In this document: positions 9,938-19,401 of the stretch, piece by piece
Layout of the letters: each line of letters starts with the position of its first letter
Numbering within the stretch: the stretch's first letter is position 1
Source of the DNA: Sedimentisphaerales bacterium
GTDB taxonomy: Bacteria > Planctomycetota > Phycisphaerae > Sedimentisphaerales > SM23-30
Reading direction: 5' to 3'
DNA length: 64,000 bases
Assembly: GCA_963663965.2 (NCBI GenBank)
Contig: CAXXFK010000028.1
Span: forward strand, 384,001 to 448,000
Made by a program: the position numbers and the translations under genes
Notes under the pieces: model-generated
Database searches by the model: none
What the model saw: only the letters and a program-made list of their open reading frames with translations
What the model was told of the DNA's origin: nothing

Positions 9938-10372
9938 ATGAATAAAATAATTATTAAAGGTATGGCTGCCGTTTTTGATGGTGACGATAACCGTATTATT
10001 GATAAAAATACTCTTCAGAAACTTGATGGAATTATTTATGAAGATAATTTCCAAACGGACTATCTTGAACAAAATGAAATTGAATGTAGAATCCAAAATA
10101 AACTGGAGCGAAGTGGTATAATGTCATTTCACTATATTGATACAGATGAGTATTTGGAAGTGAGATCGACATTTGTTGTAAAAGAAGACTTGAATGATAA
10201 AGAATTACAATATTTATTGGAAGATACTCAAAACCAATGGTCAGATGGCATGGGAGAGAGCTTCGTTTCGATAAGTGCTCTTAAGTATGGTTATGCAATT
10301 ATGTGTCTTACTGGTGAAGATTTTGATAGAGATAATAAATATCCAATTGTTGAGATAACTGGTAACGATTAA
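9938..10372 (+). CDS. Acidic hypothetical protein, AT-rich
   Basis: 144-aa ORF with AAGGA RBS; QWSDGMGE motif; AT-rich codon usage. Confidence 0.7.
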   Translation: MNKIIIKGMAAVFDGDDNRIIDKNTLQKLDGIIYEDNFQTDYLEQNEIECRIQNKLERSGIMSFHYIDTDEYLEVRSTFVVKEDLNDKELQYLLEDTQNQWSDGMGESFVSISALKYGYAIMCLTGEDFDRDNKYPIVEITGND

Positions 10373-10417
10373 AGGCAGTGCTAAGTGATTTTTACACATT
10401 TTAGCAGATAAGATTGG

Positions 10418-11272
10418 ATGGATATAATGCGTAGGTGGCATAACGGTCCAGATGAAAGCTGGGAATCTTTAGATGGCAATTTTCCTGTTGCTTGTTTAGA
10501 TATTCATCCTTCAAACCAGTTTATTTCTATGCAAGTAATTTCAGATTACGGATATACAAATGAACGGGCGGCGATATGGGATGTAAAAACAAAAAATATT
10601 ATTTGGTGCCCGGATCGTGTAAATGCAATTTGTTGGATTGAAAACGGCAAGGAATTGCTAGTCCTCGAAACAAAATACGACACAACTGCCAACCGCCCTA
10701 ATTTATACGCAACACCGACAGAAAGCGAATATCAATATTTTGTTCGAAGGCTTTCATGGCCTGATTTAGATGATAGTTCTCATTTACAGATTTTTATTCC
10801 TATGGGTTGGTTAATAGATATTGTACCATCACCGATTGAGAAAAAAGCTTGTATCGTATGGCAGGACCAATGTGAGTCTGGCATTGAATTTATTTCGTGG
10901 GAGTGCGGAGTGCTTAAACAGCTAGCTGAAATGGGTTTCAAAACAAATTCCAATTTCATACAGGGGCCTGTATTCAATATAGATGGAAGTGTGTTAGCTA
11001 TGTCATTCGGAGCGGGTTGTTGGTGGTCTGATGCACCCGATGAACCTTCTAGAGGGGGAACTTTCAATATAGGCCATATAATATGGCGCGAAATGAATTC
11101 AAGTAAATATAATCGAATTAATGTTAATGTAAATGTACCAGCAGGATGGTTGCCGGATGATCCTATGGATATTTTACGTAATATGTATTTATCATCACCG
11201 ACTTTTATTAGCCCAAATGAAGTTAAAATACAACTTCCTACAAAAAAAGAACGTATTATTTCTTTATATTGA
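10418..11272 (+). CDS. Hypothetical protein, possibly beta-propeller-like, AT-rich
   Basis: 284-aa ORF with WD-like segments (AAIWDVKT, AICWIENGKEL, FNIDGSVLA). Confidence 0.65.
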   Translation: MDIMRRWHNGPDESWESLDGNFPVACLDIHPSNQFISMQVISDYGYTNERAAIWDVKTKNIIWCPDRVNAICWIENGKELLVLETKYDTTANRPNLYATPTESEYQYFVRRLSWPDLDDSSHLQIFIPMGWLIDIVPSPIEKKACIVWQDQCESGIEFISWECGVLKQLAEMGFKTNSNFIQGPVFNIDGSVLAMSFGAGCWWSDAPDEPSRGGTFNIGHIIWREMNSSKYNRINVNVNVPAGWLPDDPMDILRNMYLSSPTFISPNEVKIQLPTKKERIISLY

Positions 11273-11295
11273 TTAACTGCCTCCTAGTCACGTAT

Positions 11296-11428
11296 TAGGA
11301 TGGGCTAATTTAAATTTGCCCATGTCCTGGATCCGCCGTGGTGCCCTGATAGAAATAGCCATGAGCGTAGCGAATACCGATGATAGAGTCATTTATAGGC
11401 TAGAATAAATACAATGCTACATGAATAA
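11296..11428 (+). repeat. Direct repeat copy 2
   Basis: TAGGATGGGCTAATTTAAATTTGCCCATG, a ~20-bp insert, then GATAGAAATAGCCATGAGCGTAGCGAATAC...AGAATAAATACAATGCTACATGAATAA. Confidence 0.85.
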
Positions 11429-11449
11429 GGAAATCTTACCGGGCATAAT

Positions 11450-12409
11450 TTATCTGGCAGGTTCCCAAATAAAGTCCCCAGTTTTATTGATATAACCAAT
11501 CCGGGAACTTTCTATATCCTTACCGATTACAACATACGCCAAATCGCCACAAAAAGGTTGAGCGCTATCAAATATTGGATCAATAACTATAGTGCCAGAT
11601 TTATTTATATAGCCATATTTTGCTTCTTCAGTAAATTTGACAACCGCCATTCCTCCAGAAAAAGGGCCTGAATAATAGAATTGATATGGTATTACGAGTT
11701 CTCCATGATTATCAATATATCCATACGATCCGTCCCCGTAAACCATGCATAATCCTTCAGAAAATATGGGATTTGCACCTTCGAACTCGCGTTTAATAAT
11801 AATATTACCGGTCGTGTCAATAAAACAAAATAATGATTCATGGTTTAAAGATACTGCTGCCAAACCTTCAGAAAATGGATAGGCAAAATAATATTGAGGA
11901 GAAATGATATACTCACCAAACTTATTGATATAACCCCAATTTTTCTCATAATTAACCTGCGAGGGATTGCCAACTTCCGCGCAGTTTATCAAGCCTTGAG
12001 AATGATGTGATAGAAGATAAAATTTATCTGACAATACAACCTCCCCAAGTTTGTCAATAAAAGCGCCTGTTGGATAATCTGACGATTTGATAAAAGCTAA
12101 ATCGTCTTCAAAAGATCGACATGTCTGAAAGCTGATATTAATTACAACGTTTCCGTCTTTATCAATAAAGTATTTGTTTTTTCCTTTTTCCACAAGTCCT
12201 AAACCACAAGAAAATGGCCAGCACCAATCATATTTTAGAGCTACTTTTATATTCCCAGACTCATTAATATAACCCCATTTTCCATTGATCTTGACTCCTG
12301 CTAAACCTTCCGAAAAAAAGTTTGCAACATCAAATTCCAAGGGTATAGCGATATCACCTTCTGCTGTGATATACCCTTCTTTATTATTTTTAGATACTGG
12401 GTAAAGCAT
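11450..12409 (-). CDS. WG-repeat (KWG Leptospira-type) protein
   Basis: Repeated FSEGLAxV...(W/Y)GYI(N/D)xxG units throughout 319 aa. Confidence 0.92.
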   Translation of the reverse strand: MLYPVSKNNKEGYITAEGDIAIPLEFDVANFFSEGLAGVKINGKWGYINESGNIKVALKYDWCWPFSCGLGLVEKGKNKYFIDKDGNVVINISFQTCRSFEDDLAFIKSSDYPTGAFIDKLGEVVLSDKFYLLSHHSQGLINCAEVGNPSQVNYEKNWGYINKFGEYIISPQYYFAYPFSEGLAAVSLNHESLFCFIDTTGNIIIKREFEGANPIFSEGLCMVYGDGSYGYIDNHGELVIPYQFYYSGPFSGGMAVVKFTEEAKYGYINKSGTIVIDPIFDSAQPFCGDLAYVVIGKDIESSRIGYINKTGDFIWEPAR

Positions 12410-12610
12410 AATAATTTACATAGGATAGGTAACCTCTGGTTACCCGGTCAGGCTATAAAGATAATTGGCATCAAAGTAAATTCTTAATTAATATTTTGAA
12501 TCTGCCCATTCTGGTGAAAATGATCATATGTTAATTTTCCTGATTCTATTTTAAACACTCTTTTCCCATTTATCATAAGTCTTAATTTGCATGCTTGAGA
12601 TAAATTTACA

Positions 12611-13024
12611 TCACCGTTTATATCCTTTAAATATCATGAATGCAATTACGCACCAGAAGATGAATCCCCAAAAAGAAGTGGTCCTAGATTCTGAGCCCTT
12701 TCTTTTATATCCTTTTGATTCCATAGAATAAGATATGAAAATCAATATAACGATCAAAATGCCACCTGAAAATATAAAGAACGCAATACGTGCAGGCCAT
12801 GATAACGGTTCCTTCGCACGTTCTTTCTTAAGTTCTCTTTGCGCTTTGACATGTTCTGATATTGCATGCAATGTATCATTATCAAGATTTCGAGATTCTA
12901 ATTCTTTCTTAGCCGCCAAAATAGCTTCTGGAATGTAATCACCATCTTCAGCATAAGCTATTATTTCGTAAAGCTCTTCATTGCTTCGTTCTTGCATTGC
13001 ATTGGTAATATTCTGACCTATCAT
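12611..13024 (-). CDS. Hypothetical membrane protein
   Basis: 137 aa, helical N-terminus plus two C-terminal hydrophobic segments; AAAGGAG RBS. Confidence 0.7.
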   Translation of the reverse strand: MIGQNITNAMQERSNEELYEIIAYAEDGDYIPEAILAAKKELESRNLDNDTLHAISEHVKAQRELKKERAKEPLSWPARIAFFIFSGGILIVILIFISYSMESKGYKRKGSESRTTSFWGFIFWCVIAFMIFKGYKR

Positions 13025-13485
13025 TTGGATACTCCTTTGTAAAATGTGAATGACCTGAATTATACCAATTTAATATACTTTACAATATTTTGAGACCATA
13101 ACTCACAGGGCCATCGCATGAATTTTTCTTGACCTTATTTTTAGTCACAAAACGAATGTTTGGCAATTCAGCAAATTTTAACATTATAAAATACAGTGTA
13201 TATTATTTTGCTAACAACTTCCAAAATCAACATAAATCACTAATCAATAAACCATTAAGAATAAGTCTGCCGGACTTTTTTGCCTGAAACGGATCCGCTG
13301 TAAAATCATAAAAGCAAAAATATTATGTTAGATAAAATAAAAACATAATATTTTTATTGCCTTACAAGAAAACTCGGTCTATAATCCCTAAGTCGACTTA
13401 AATGATCCCGAACCACCCGCCCAACCCCGGCGTGCCCCGCCCCAACCGGCCACGCCCGCAGAGACATTCTGCGCATAAACTGTGG

Positions 13486-13602
13486 CACCCTCAAGCGTAG
13501 CGAAGCGCAGCTTGTGGGTGGATTTATCGCCTTGTGAGTCCCAAATTGAATAGTGCTTAACGAAAAATAAAAAACCATCCGCCTCAAGGCGGATACAAAT
13601 AA
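13486..13602 (+). repeat. Left part of the mosaic hairpin array (module A), interrupted by the IS
   Basis: Hairpins CACCCTCAAGC...GCTTGTGGGTG and ATCCGCC-TCAA-GGCGGAT; near-identical to 15478-15577. Confidence 0.85.
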
Positions 13603-14927
13603 GGTTCTTCCGAAAAATGAGTAGTTAATGTTGCAAAAAGAGAGACATGACTTTACTGTTTGAGGAAAAAAATAAAACCTCATATTAGGAGCTAAAGTCA
13701 TGTCCACAAGTATGTTGTATCATACTTTTGGTGTTCGAGGTGTTCAATACCAAAAGACAGAATATTTTTGCGGGCAAGAGCGTGATTCACGGCATCTTGC
13801 CGGCGGATAGTCTGCGTTGCCCTTGTTGTAACTCCCGTAATTTCATTTACTTCGGTCACAAGGCCCGGAGGTTTGCCATGGTACCCGCCGGTCTGCGTCA
13901 AATGGAGTTGCTTGTCACTATTCCCCGATTGAAATGTCTGGCGTGCGGGGCCATTCGTCAGCCTCATCTGCCATTTGCCGACCCCAAGAAGCATTACACC
14001 CATGCGTTGGAACGGTATGTCATCGATTTATGTCAGGCGGCTTCCCTGCAAGAGGTGGCCCGACGGACCGGCTTAAGCTGGGATACCATCAAATCGATTC
14101 ATAAGTCCTGGCTAGGTCGACGGTACCGAAAGATTTCCCTGAAAAAGGTTCGTTATCTGGGGATTGACGAATTGTATCTGGGCAGGAAAAGCAAATACAT
14201 CTCGCTGGTAACCGACCTGGAAAGCGGACAAATCTTGCATATCGGCCAGGGCAAAGGCCAAGAGGCCCTGGTGGGATTCTGGGGGCGTGTCCGACGCAGC
14301 CGGGCGGTGATTGCCGCGGTGGCTACCGATATGGCCAGTGGTTTTATGACCAGTGTCCTGAAAGAACTGCCGCAAGCCAAACTGGTGCTGGACCATTTTC
14401 ATCTGGTCAAATGGTTTAACGACAAACTGACCAGTTTACGCCGGGATTTGTACCGGGAGGCCGATACCATGGGCAAAGCGGTACTTAAAGGCAGCCGCTG
14501 GCTGCTGCTCAAAGCGCCGGAGAACCTTAAATCCCATGCCGATAGCGCCAAAGATGAACGGCACCGGTTGCAGGAGGCTCTGCAACTCAACCAGCCGCTG
14601 GCCACCGCCTATTACATGAAAGAACGGCTCCGTCTCCTTTTTGATGCGATCACGGCTCCGCTGGCTGAACAGGAACTTAAACGCTGGATCAGCCAGGCGC
14701 AAACCAGCGGGATTCGGATCCTGCTGGATGCCGCCAAACAACTGCAACTCTGGAAACCCTTCCTGCTCAATTGGTATGACCATCCCATCAGCACCAGCAA
14801 AGTCGAAGTCAATAACCGTAAAATCGGCCTCCTGCAACGAATGGCTCATGGCTACCGCGATCAGGAATACTTCTATCTCCGGATCCATCATATCCATAAC
14901 CAAAACTACTCATTAACCGGATGAGCC
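13603..14927 (+). mobile_element. ISL3-family insertion sequence, 1325 bp
   Basis: IRL GGTTCTTCCGAAAAATGAGTAGTT vs IRR reverse complement GGCTCATCCGGTTAATGAGTAGTT (19/24); 8-bp target duplication ACAAATAA at 13595-13602 and 14928-14935. Confidence 0.93.
13700..14924 (+). CDS. ISL3-family DDE transposase, apparently +1 frameshifted near the N-terminus
   Basis: CPCC/CLAC zinc finger, LGIDE, ATDMA, LDHFHLVK, EVNN; AGGAG-preceded ATG 13700 (MSTSMLYHTFGVRG) joins the main frame only if one T of the T5 run 13765-13769 is removed. Confidence 0.88.
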
Positions 14928-15860
14928 ACAAATAATATCTCGAAGAGATCAAAAGCGCATAGCCCGCCAATTCATTGGCGGGAATACCCGAACCAGCGTA
15001 GAAAATTTTAAACCCACGCCTCGTAGAGGCGTACCGCCAGGATATCTCGCAAAAGAGATAGATAAAACAACCATGAGCATAGCGAATACCAACACAAAAC
15101 GAAACAAAGCCAATGACAAAAAATATCACCCTAACCTCAACCATAAATTGACCTTAGCGAAATTTAAAAAATCATCCGCTCTCCGGCGGATACCCAAAGC
15201 AGCCCAACGGGCAAGTATAAAATAGCCCAGGGCAGAGCGAATCCCGATCCATCGGGATGAGCACCACCCTGGGTAACAAACATGATTTTAAAATTTTAAC
15301 CCACGCCTCGCAGAGGCGTACCGCCAGGATATCTCGCAAAAGAGATAGATAAAACCAACATGAGCGCAGCGAAAACCAACATAAAACGAAACGAAGCCAA
15401 CGATAAAAAATATCACCCTAACCTTTACAATAACAGGAGGATAACGAAATTTTATTCATACCCTGGATGCCATCTTCAAGCGCAGCTTGTGGGTGGATTT
15501 ATCGCCTTGTGAGTCCCAAATTGAATAGTGCTTAACGAAAAATATAAAACCATCCGCCTCAAGGCGGATACAAATAATATCTCGGAGACCGAAGGTCCGC
15601 CTCAGGAGGTGATCAAAAGCGCATAGCCCGCCAATTCATTGGCGGGAATACCCGAACCAGCGTAGAAAATTTTTAAACCCACGCCTCGCAGAGGCGTACC
15701 GACAGGATATCTCGCAAAAGAGATAGATAAAACTAACCATGAGCGCAGCGAATACCAACAGAAAACGAAACAAAGCCAATGGGTTAAAATATTGCCATAA
15801 CCCTAACAATATATCGAGCTTAACGAAAAATAAAAAAACCATCCGCCTTGTGGCGGATAC
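14928..15860 (+). repeat. Mosaic array of repeated non-coding modules carrying short hairpins (REP/BIME-like)
   Basis: ~130-bp module C at ~15003, ~15290, ~15666; module B (CCCGCCAATTCATTGGCGGG) at ~14947 and ~15611; ATCCGC..GCGGAT hairpins at ~15174, ~15552, ~15841. Confidence 0.88.
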
Positions 15861-15915
15861 CACAATTTTGCATTTTAAATTCTAAACTTTAAATTTCTAA
15901 ACAGGAGGTACTACC

Positions 15916-16755
15916 ATGTCATCTTCCCTAAGAAGACTACGCGCCAACCGTCGCAACGCCCAGAAATCCACCGGCCCCAAAACCCCCGAAGGCAAGGCCA
16001 TCTCATCCAGAAACGCCATCAAACACGGCCTCAGCGGCCAGGACCCCGCCCACCTCATCGTCCCCGGCGAGTCCGAACTCACCTACCTCGAATTCCGCGC
16101 CGCATTGCTGCAGGATCTCAAACCCACCACCTACCTCCAGCGCCACATCGCCGACCAGATCGTCTCGGCCGCCTGGCGCCTTGAACGCCTCGGCCGCATC
16201 GAAGCCGAAATGATCGACGCCCGCGTCTATAAACTCCGCCTCACCAACGAAGAAATCCGCAAAGACACCGTCATCGACCAGCCCTTTGCCCACTCCAGCA
16301 TCTACCTGCCACGCCACAACGAAGTCGGCACCGCCTTCACCCTCGAAACCCCCGCTTTCAACTGCCTGGCCCGCTACGAAGCCCACCTCAACCGAACCTT
16401 CCAGGCCAATCTTAAGCTCCTGCAACAGTTGCAATTACAACAAAAACCAAACGAACCCAATGCCTACCCCCCGGAGTACCCATTTCCCGATTTACCCCGC
16501 GTCCACATCCCCGACCCGCCCAGAATCCCCACGCACCCCAGCGAAGCCAAACTCGCCCCCGAATACATCAAAGACCGACTCCCCGAATTGATGAAAGACC
16601 ACAGCGTAACTGACGACCAGGTCTTCAGTTACGCCTGCAACCGCTACGAAGCCCTCAACACCTTCTCCCAGCAGAACGGCGAAGAAGCCCTCCACGCCCT
16701 CGGCATCCCCACCAAACCCCCGGCCGACATCCCCATCCAGGAGGATAAGAAATAA
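15916..16755 (+). CDS. Conserved-type hypothetical protein with ANRRNAQKSTGPKTPEGK...NAIKHGL N-terminus
   Basis: AGGAGG RBS; N-terminal motif followed by helical WRLERLGRIEAE and LARYEAHL segments and a Pro-rich tail. Confidence 0.85.
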   Translation: MSSSLRRLRANRRNAQKSTGPKTPEGKAISSRNAIKHGLSGQDPAHLIVPGESELTYLEFRAALLQDLKPTTYLQRHIADQIVSAAWRLERLGRIEAEMIDARVYKLRLTNEEIRKDTVIDQPFAHSSIYLPRHNEVGTAFTLETPAFNCLARYEAHLNRTFQANLKLLQQLQLQQKPNEPNAYPPEYPFPDLPRVHIPDPPRIPTHPSEAKLAPEYIKDRLPELMKDHSVTDDQVFSYACNRYEALNTFSQQNGEEALHALGIPTKPPADIPIQEDKK

Positions 16756-16836
16756 ACTAACGCCAACCACCACAACCCGAGTATTACACCCGATGGATTG
16801 AACAAAAAATTCAATCCAGCCGGACCCGCTGCGCAA

Positions 16837-19269
16837 TCAATATTCCGGCCACAGCCAGAAATCCTTCAGAAAGATCAGGTCATCGATATTGACCGCGTTA
16901 TCCGGCTCAAGATCCGCGGCCAGACCGCTTTGCTCCTCCAGCCAGTCAGCCGAAACAATCTTCAAATCGCTCAGGTCAACATAACCATCATGAGAAAGAT
17001 CGGCGATAGGGTGGTAATACTCAATTTCCCAGATACGCGAAATATCTATATTGGTAGTGCTGACCAGCAGCCGTATCCGGTCGCTCTGAATCGGCCGGAA
17101 GGTTCCAAACCATTTGATCTGGGTATTACTCAAGGCGCCGGAATCGGGAATATCGATCCAGGCGCCGTTCTGATACGTTTGAAATTTAAATCCCCCAATC
17201 GGATCCTGCCAGACACTGCCGTTTTTATAACCGCTGATTATCCGGCAGGCGCTGATCCAGCGGGGCGTACTCCAGATATAATCGATCGTATCCGGTATAC
17301 TCGATCCACTGCTCAGCCAGCGGGTACTGTTGGTGCTGATATCCGCTTTGCCATCATTCAAATTCGATTTCGGATAGGTACTGGCGTTATAATTGCTCGA
17401 AACAATCACCGTCGCCGCCGGCCCCATATTCGGCCCGATCTTTTCAGGCCAGCCCTCCGGGGTTGGGGGAGAGGTCTTATACACCAGTTTTTTCAACGCG
17501 GCCAGATAGTTCTGATAAATCCCGCGCGGCGTCGTATGATATTTCTTGCACAAACTGGCTGCGTACCCAACCGCAATACCCATCTGCCCCGTCGTCCGCA
17601 TCACCCGCGGCCCACCCAGACCCACATGAGAACAACTGAAGCACCGCCCGGCCATCATCAGGTTCTCGATATTCCGCGAATAAAGACACCGGAACGGCAC
17701 ATAATAACGCGGCACACTGCGATAAAGCGCTTCCGAAAGAAAGTCGTATTGGCTGCCTTCTTCCTTCTGCTGAAAGTGAACATCGATTTCACGGGTCTCT
17801 TCCACCACCGCGTCCTCAAACTGTGTTCCGCTGACTTCATCGTTCATGGTATAGATATAATCACCCATCAGACGGCGGGATTCCCGTTTGCCACTCAAAT
17901 ACCCAACCCAGTCCAGCTTACGATTCGGATTACTGCCATTCTTTTTGGCGTTGGCAAACGAACCATAAATCGCCCGCAGGACATGGTCACGGATTTCCTC
18001 GGCGTCATCGATATGATTCTTGGCGTTATCGGTGTATTCCCAGTACCATTCCCCATTCAAAGCGACGTGGTCCTTAGCCACATCCATCGCCCAGGGCACC
18101 TCAGGAAACGCCACTGCCGATGAAGCGTTCGACGAATACCACAGCAGCGAAGCGCCCATAATCCGGTCATCCGGTGTTTCCGGCGACCAGAGTTCACCAT
18201 GGGTGCTCCAGCCTTCGTTAAATTCATTTTTACTCTCACGCCCATAGCGATAGTCAGCCCCGGCCCAGTAGCCGATCCAGCCATCGCCGGTACAATCGAT
18301 AAAGATGTCGGATCGAATCCGCAACGCCTCACCCGTAATCGTTGAACTGGTATCCACACTGACGATCTTCGCGCCTTCAGTCACTACATCATAAGCGCGA
18401 TACGGCCGGAACATCGTCAGATTTTCTGCCGATTCCATCGCCTGCTGACGTTTGGCCTCATCAATCAGTGCGTCCGGACTGCCGTTGGGATAATGTTCCG
18501 TGTCGATCTTTTCCAGAATATGCTGACCGGCCCCATAAACACCCAGGGTGTGCACGCGAATTTCACTGCTGGCGTTGCCTCCCAGCGCCATGCGATCGTG
18601 AATCAGCGCGACTTGCATACCCTGTTCAGTTGCAGCCAGTGCCGCGGCGCATCCGGCGATACCACCGCCCACAATCACCACATCAAATCGCCCGCCATCA
18701 GGCGGAGTTTGCGGCAGGCCTCGCAATTGATTACGCCATTGCCGGTCAATAGCAGGATTCGCCGGATCGTAGTTAACCGGCGCCGCCGCCGGATTGGTAT
18801 CGAAATAAAGGGCGTCACATCGGCCATCAAATCCTGTCAGGTCTTTAAGACGTACTTCAACCGTAAGCTGATTGATCGTAACCGAACCGCCCGCCTGCCA
18901 GGTCCACCCCGGTTCCGTGCCAAAAGTAGCGATAACCGGCATGTTATTGATCATAACCTGAAAACGCCCCGGCGCCTCCCAGTCACCCGGTACCCAGTTT
19001 TTAGTTCGTACCCAGAGCTGGTATTGACCCGCCGCCGGAAAAGTAACCGTCGTTACCGCGTCTTCGACCGGTTCACCCAGACCATGAGCTAATAAATAGG
19101 GTGAACCCATATTCGGCATAAACTGCTGATCGAGCGACCAGCCGCCCCGATTTGCAAAACTCTCTGCTTCTACCAGGAGTGACGCCGCTTGAGCGTACAG
19201 TTGAATAAATAACACGGTTAATGCGGCAATCAGGCAGGTAACAAACGGCGTGAATTTTCTAGCGGTCAT
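16837..19269 (-). CDS. Secreted FAD-dependent oxidoreductase (FAD_oxidored-like) with discoidin-like and dockerin-like C-terminal domains
   Basis: Signal peptide; DVVIVGGGIAG, LGGNASSE, IDCTGDG, KRESRRL, NLMMAGRCFS; C-terminal DLSHDGYVDLSDL and DLEPDNAVNIDDL. Confidence 0.88.
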   Translation of the reverse strand: MTARKFTPFVTCLIAALTVLFIQLYAQAASLLVEAESFANRGGWSLDQQFMPNMGSPYLLAHGLGEPVEDAVTTVTFPAAGQYQLWVRTKNWVPGDWEAPGRFQVMINNMPVIATFGTEPGWTWQAGGSVTINQLTVEVRLKDLTGFDGRCDALYFDTNPAAAPVNYDPANPAIDRQWRNQLRGLPQTPPDGGRFDVVIVGGGIAGCAAALAATEQGMQVALIHDRMALGGNASSEIRVHTLGVYGAGQHILEKIDTEHYPNGSPDALIDEAKRQQAMESAENLTMFRPYRAYDVVTEGAKIVSVDTSSTITGEALRIRSDIFIDCTGDGWIGYWAGADYRYGRESKNEFNEGWSTHGELWSPETPDDRIMGASLLWYSSNASSAVAFPEVPWAMDVAKDHVALNGEWYWEYTDNAKNHIDDAEEIRDHVLRAIYGSFANAKKNGSNPNRKLDWVGYLSGKRESRRLMGDYIYTMNDEVSGTQFEDAVVEETREIDVHFQQKEEGSQYDFLSEALYRSVPRYYVPFRCLYSRNIENLMMAGRCFSCSHVGLGGPRVMRTTGQMGIAVGYAASLCKKYHTTPRGIYQNYLAALKKLVYKTSPPTPEGWPEKIGPNMGPAATVIVSSNYNASTYPKSNLNDGKADISTNSTRWLSSGSSIPDTIDYIWSTPRWISACRIISGYKNGSVWQDPIGGFKFQTYQNGAWIDIPDSGALSNTQIKWFGTFRPIQSDRIRLLVSTTNIDISRIWEIEYYHPIADLSHDGYVDLSDLKIVSADWLEEQSGLAADLEPDNAVNIDDLIFLKDFWLWPEY

Positions 19270-19343
19270 AGGGGAACCTTTATTTTATGTATTTGTGATT
19301 CTGATAAAGAGGAGAAAGGTAATTTCAGTAAATAAATAAACAT

Positions 19344-19377
19344 AAAATTCCGGCTGAAGTTTCGCTCCAGCCGGAAT
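19344..19377 (-). terminator. Probable intrinsic terminator
   Basis: ATTCCGGCTG/CAGCCGGAAT stem followed by a T-tract on the minus strand, just after the 19402 stop. Confidence 0.6.
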
Positions 19378-19401
19378 AGTGAAATTTACATCAAGGATGG
19401 C

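Noticed and set aside
9794..13024. Integron cassette array
   Set aside because: No integrase, no convincing RYYYAAC...GTTRRRY attC pairs, and genes in both orientations
14928..15860. CRISPR array or short minus-strand ORFs (14809-15144, 15636-15863)
   Set aside because: Modules are 60-130 bp and irregularly ordered; the ORFs merely translate the repeats
16798..18123. 441-aa plus-strand ORF
   Set aside because: Antisense to the FAD oxidoreductase; no motifs
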